64,000 nucleotides of DNA from NCBI GenBank assembly GCA_000708835.1, contig DF237188.1, forward strand, positions 66,278-130,277, in the 5' to 3' direction. The position numbers and the translations under genes were made by a program. How positions within the stretch are numbered: position 1 is the first letter of the stretch; each line of letters starts with the position of its first letter. Below the pieces are notes generated by a model. That model did not search any database and was not told the origin of the DNA. It saw only the letters and a list, made by a program, of their open reading frames with translations. Source of the stretch: Klebsormidium nitens (lineage: Eukaryota; Plantae; Klebsormidiophyceae). Positions 60,611 through 64,000 of the stretch are shown here, in pieces.

Positions 60611-61956
60611 GCTCCCCTCCCGCGGTCGCTGCCCCCACTCCCGTTCCCCCGTCCCCGACCCCTGCGCCGGTCAAGCCATCCCTGGGAGGAAGCAACGTGT
60701 GTGCCAGCCTGGCGTACTTCCCCACTCAGGTGACGCACGCTCGCCACTTTTCCTGGTTTGTTTGCGGGATCTTCTTCTTTCCCGCAGGAGGGATGGTGGG
60801 CGATACTCTCGAACCGGTGTTCCCCGTGGAACCAGCCCGAGGGAATCGTTGCCACTTCCCCGACGGTAGAGGCAGACTGTCTGCAAGGCGACTCGCTCTG
60901 TCAGGGATTTTTATGAACCGAATGTGCATGACAGCTGGTGCTTCGATATAATGCATTCACGAGCAATAAAGCCGGCAAGGTGGTGACTCCTTTTGACATC
61001 TGCCTTCGGTTGTGTGCAGTGTTTCTTCAACCGGGACACAACACGGTACGTCTGTTGCGATGGTCAAGGCTGCAACGGCTTCAACTCCGACAACTTGACG
61101 CCCAACTGCCGCAACAACGGGTATGTGCCGCCCAATTTCGGAGCCGGAGCCTCGCCGAGCGTCTCCCCGCAGAGCCCCTCGACGCCCCCACCCCCGACTG
61201 GAGGAGCGCAAGGTATGACACGCTGGCCCACAAATGCCTCAAAATATCAGCTGGATAACATGACAATGGCGTCGGACTAAGGAGACTCGATATGTTTTGC
61301 CGCTGCAAGCCGTTGGTGTTCTCAGGAGATTCTTTTGGCTTCGACGAACTTAGAAGTATGCCGTTCAGTGGGCACAAGGCTCCGCACCCGTCCAACTCCT
61401 TAGCGTTTCGAAGTTCCCGAAGGAAAGAAGGTGCCTTGCCATCTATGTAGCTCGCGAACTCAAGCAACCAATCCAAACAAGATTTCCAACTTTATTGGGT
61501 TCACTGATATAGAGGCATCAATGCAGCTCAAGCGGCTAGATGATCTCTGCACTGCCGTGCATGATTCGCAAAAGAGTAACTGAACAGGGTTATGGTGTGT
61601 CACTTTAGGATGTTGGCAATTTGTTGGACTAACGCTGCCGCTTATGCCTCGCTTTGGAGGGTTTGTCTATTACGGCAATCGAGACCAACATCATCATAAA
61701 CGGGCCTCGTTCTGGTTATTCGTTATGCGTACAGCAAGCTTGCTTGACCAGGGCTTAACTCAAAGACTCTTCTCTTTACGCAGGAGTGTGCGGAACGGGT
61801 TCGGCAACAAATTTTCCCACCCGTTGTTGGTTCAACAGCGATCCTTCTGGAAGGTACGTTTGTTGCGACAGTCAAGGTTGCGACGGCTTCAATAGCGACA
61901 ACTGGACCCCTCACTGTAAAAACTATGGGTACGTGCCTCCACGTTTTGGCACCTAG
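60611..61956 (+). CDS. Three exons encoding a Pro-rich linker and two copies of an unrecognised six-Cys module; probably the C-terminal extension of the expansin (possibly pseudogenised or alternatively spliced)
   Basis: Exons 60611-60729, 61020-61212 and 61784-61956 have canonical AG/GT sites and compatible phases, and end at TAG 61954-61956. The two modules share 33 of 46 aligned residues. Confidence 0.7.
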
Positions 61957-63216
61957 TGACGGTGGGTCATTTTGCACGCCACGTTCTTCGAGTCAACGTT
62001 AGAGGCACCGTGACAGAGATTCAATAGTTCCTTCCGCCAAATGCAAATGATTTTGCAATGTTTATAGCTGGCGAAATCTGTCATAAGTTATTGTGCGCGA
62101 CTCAGAGAGGGAGTAGGCAGTTTGAGTTGGGCCTCAAGGCTCTTTTGAAATGAAGAGCTAGCTAGAGTGCGCGGTCAGAGATGAATTCATTTGATAGATT
62201 TCCGGAAGTGCACGACCGATCATTTTCGGGGACTACAATTGGTCGGACACTGCACCAAGGCTAGCCATATATCTCGATGGCATTACAAATAGGCTTACGA
62301 GATGTTGTTGTCAGAAAATAGGATTTCCAAGCAAACATTCACACGATGATGTCCGTTCCAATGATGCAATTCCAATCCTATTGATTCAAAGCAACAAGGG
62401 ACTTGTGGATGTCGGACGGTGACGCTTGACAAAGTTTGATTGTTCAACCTACTATTTGAAAGTGAGACCCAAAAGCAAATTGAAAATAGTTCGTGAACAG
62501 TTATGCTAAAAGGCGATCGTCAAACGGCGGTGCTGTTCAGATGGTGCATGCATATGTACATGAATCTTTTTGCGCTCATAAGGCTGCAAGAACGTGTGCC
62601 TTGAATGGATGCCTCGCCCTTCTTTGCCATGTGGTTGATACTGGTCACATAAGTGAACGTTCATGTTTTAACGTACTTGTTCCAAGATCTGCTTCCATGA
62701 TCAACACGTTAGGTGTTTGCATCTACGTACTTGGAGTTCTAGCACCTGAGGATGACTTTTTTCGTCGCACATGTAAGTTGTGGTGTTTGCTCGTGCATAA
62801 CCTTGCAGGTTCGTTTGCATTAAACTCACCCCGGCATCGTCCCAGTATGCTATTGATATTCTGCCGGTGTCTTATTACCAACTTGCCTAAGTTCTTGTAC
62901 GTACTTAGGTTGAACGCGCACATTCCTAGTTTGTTGCGTCCTCATGTGCTCACCGACGTGTATACGCTTTAATATGTCATGTCCTAGAGGCTTTTGCCCT
63001 CCATACATGAAGTCCTATTCTATCAAGCACCGCTCCGGTTTCGCTCTGCTTGCTGCTTCGTTCCGATGGCATATCAGTAGATCAAATTGCTCGCATTCGG
63101 ACCGCTTCGTATCCCTACTACACTTTCCGCACGGCTCGGCCCGGCGGATCGAATTCAGGTCGTCTACCGAAAATGTTGAAGTCCACAGTCTATAGTGCCT
63201 TTAAAGGATAAAAGTT

Positions 63217-63609
63217 TGTTGAAACACGGCGTTGTTTGGAATGAATGATCGAATGATCAAGTTCACACAATATATATCTAGTGTTCGGAGTCTAGCGGCG
63301 CTAAGGGTATGCAGTCTGTGTGCTATGCTAGACTCACTCAAGTAGAGTCACACTCCTAGTCTAAGTCTACACTGATAGCCTAGTAGGCTCAGTTGACCGC
63401 GGATAAGCAAGTCCGAAGATCTCGCGCAAATCTGAATATCTACGGCTATTATCGAACCTACTCATTACGGCGGTTATCTCAATAAGCTATTTGGGTGTAA
63501 CGCTGTAATCGGTGCGCATTTAACCGCCAACCGCTAACTATCGGTTATCGTCGAACTCCCGTCGACGTCACCCAAGAGATCGCGCACACTAAATGCCCGA
63601 ATCTCAACA
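63217..63609 (-). repeat. Putative 3' LTR of a Ty1/copia element
   Basis: On the minus strand the purine tract GTGGGGGAG (63618-63610) is followed directly by TGTTGAG at 63609. The matching inverted end TGTTGA appears on the plus strand at 63217; an alternative end is at 63174. Confidence 0.65.
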
Positions 63610-63629
63610 CTCCCCCACACACTAATGAC

Positions 63630-64000
63630 TTATGCAATTCCTATCTCGCTCTTGCACTTCTTGAACTTCCCTGGTGCTAACGCGTTGGTCATGATGTCCG
63701 CCTTCATGTCCTCCGTCCCGCAGTACGCGAACGCGACCTCCTTGCGTGCCACACGCTCCCGTGCAAAATGATGAATCACGTCAATGTGCTTCGACCGCTG
63801 TGAAGCGATCGGGTGCTTGAGGAGCCATATTGCCCCTTGGTTGTCGCAGTAGATCAGGACCGTCCCGAGGTCCAACTCAAGGTCTCCCCCGAGTTTGGGG
63901 AACCACAGCGCCTCCTTCAGCGCTTGCGCTGCGCTCATATACTCCGCCTCTACCGTCGAGGCCGCCACCGTTGGCTGCAGCCTACTCGACCAGCTCACCG
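63630..64000 (-). mobile_element. Ty1/copia LTR retrotransposon pol, RNase H C-terminus (partial; continues beyond the window)
   Basis: SWSSRLQPTVAASTVEAEYM, IYCDNQGAI, RSKHIDVIHHFARE and ADIMTNAL are the copia RNase H motifs. The stop is followed by a PPT and an LTR. Confidence 0.95.

Noticed and set aside
62493-62972. 159-aa plus-strand ORF between the expansin and the LTR
   Set aside because: It has a non-ATG start, no codon bias like the real genes, and no recognisable motif.
1-64000. CRISPR arrays, rRNA and tRNA genes
   Set aside because: I saw no regularly spaced repeat-spacer array, cloverleaf or rRNA signature by eye; a tRNAscan/Infernal run would be needed to exclude small RNAs.

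Overview
This is an intron-rich, GC3-biased eukaryotic window. Its gene content and splice-site style resemble a streptophyte green alga such as Klebsormidium (an inference). In order it contains: an Atos/FAM214-family gene with an ATG13-HORMA-like N-terminus (minus strand, 3' end off the window), PsbP (+), CSE1/exportin-2 (-), plastid homoserine kinase (+), a MORN-repeat PIP5K (-), maspardin/SPG21 (+), a 453-aa coiled-coil ORF with three internal repeats (+), a ~2255-aa protein with four dispersed C2H2 fingers (+), a Ulp/C48 SUMO protease (+), an expansin (+), and the RNase H end, PPT and 3' LTR of a Ty1/copia element (-). There are also two short foldback (MITE-like) elements. The most notable locus is the expansin. 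Three well-formed downstream exons encode a Pro-rich linker and two copies of an unrecognised six-Cys, aromatic-rich module. These exons are in frame with the expansin but separated from it by two in-frame stop codons in exon 6, one of which sits where beta-expansins have a conserved Trp. All family assignments come from motif recognition by eye; no database searches were run.
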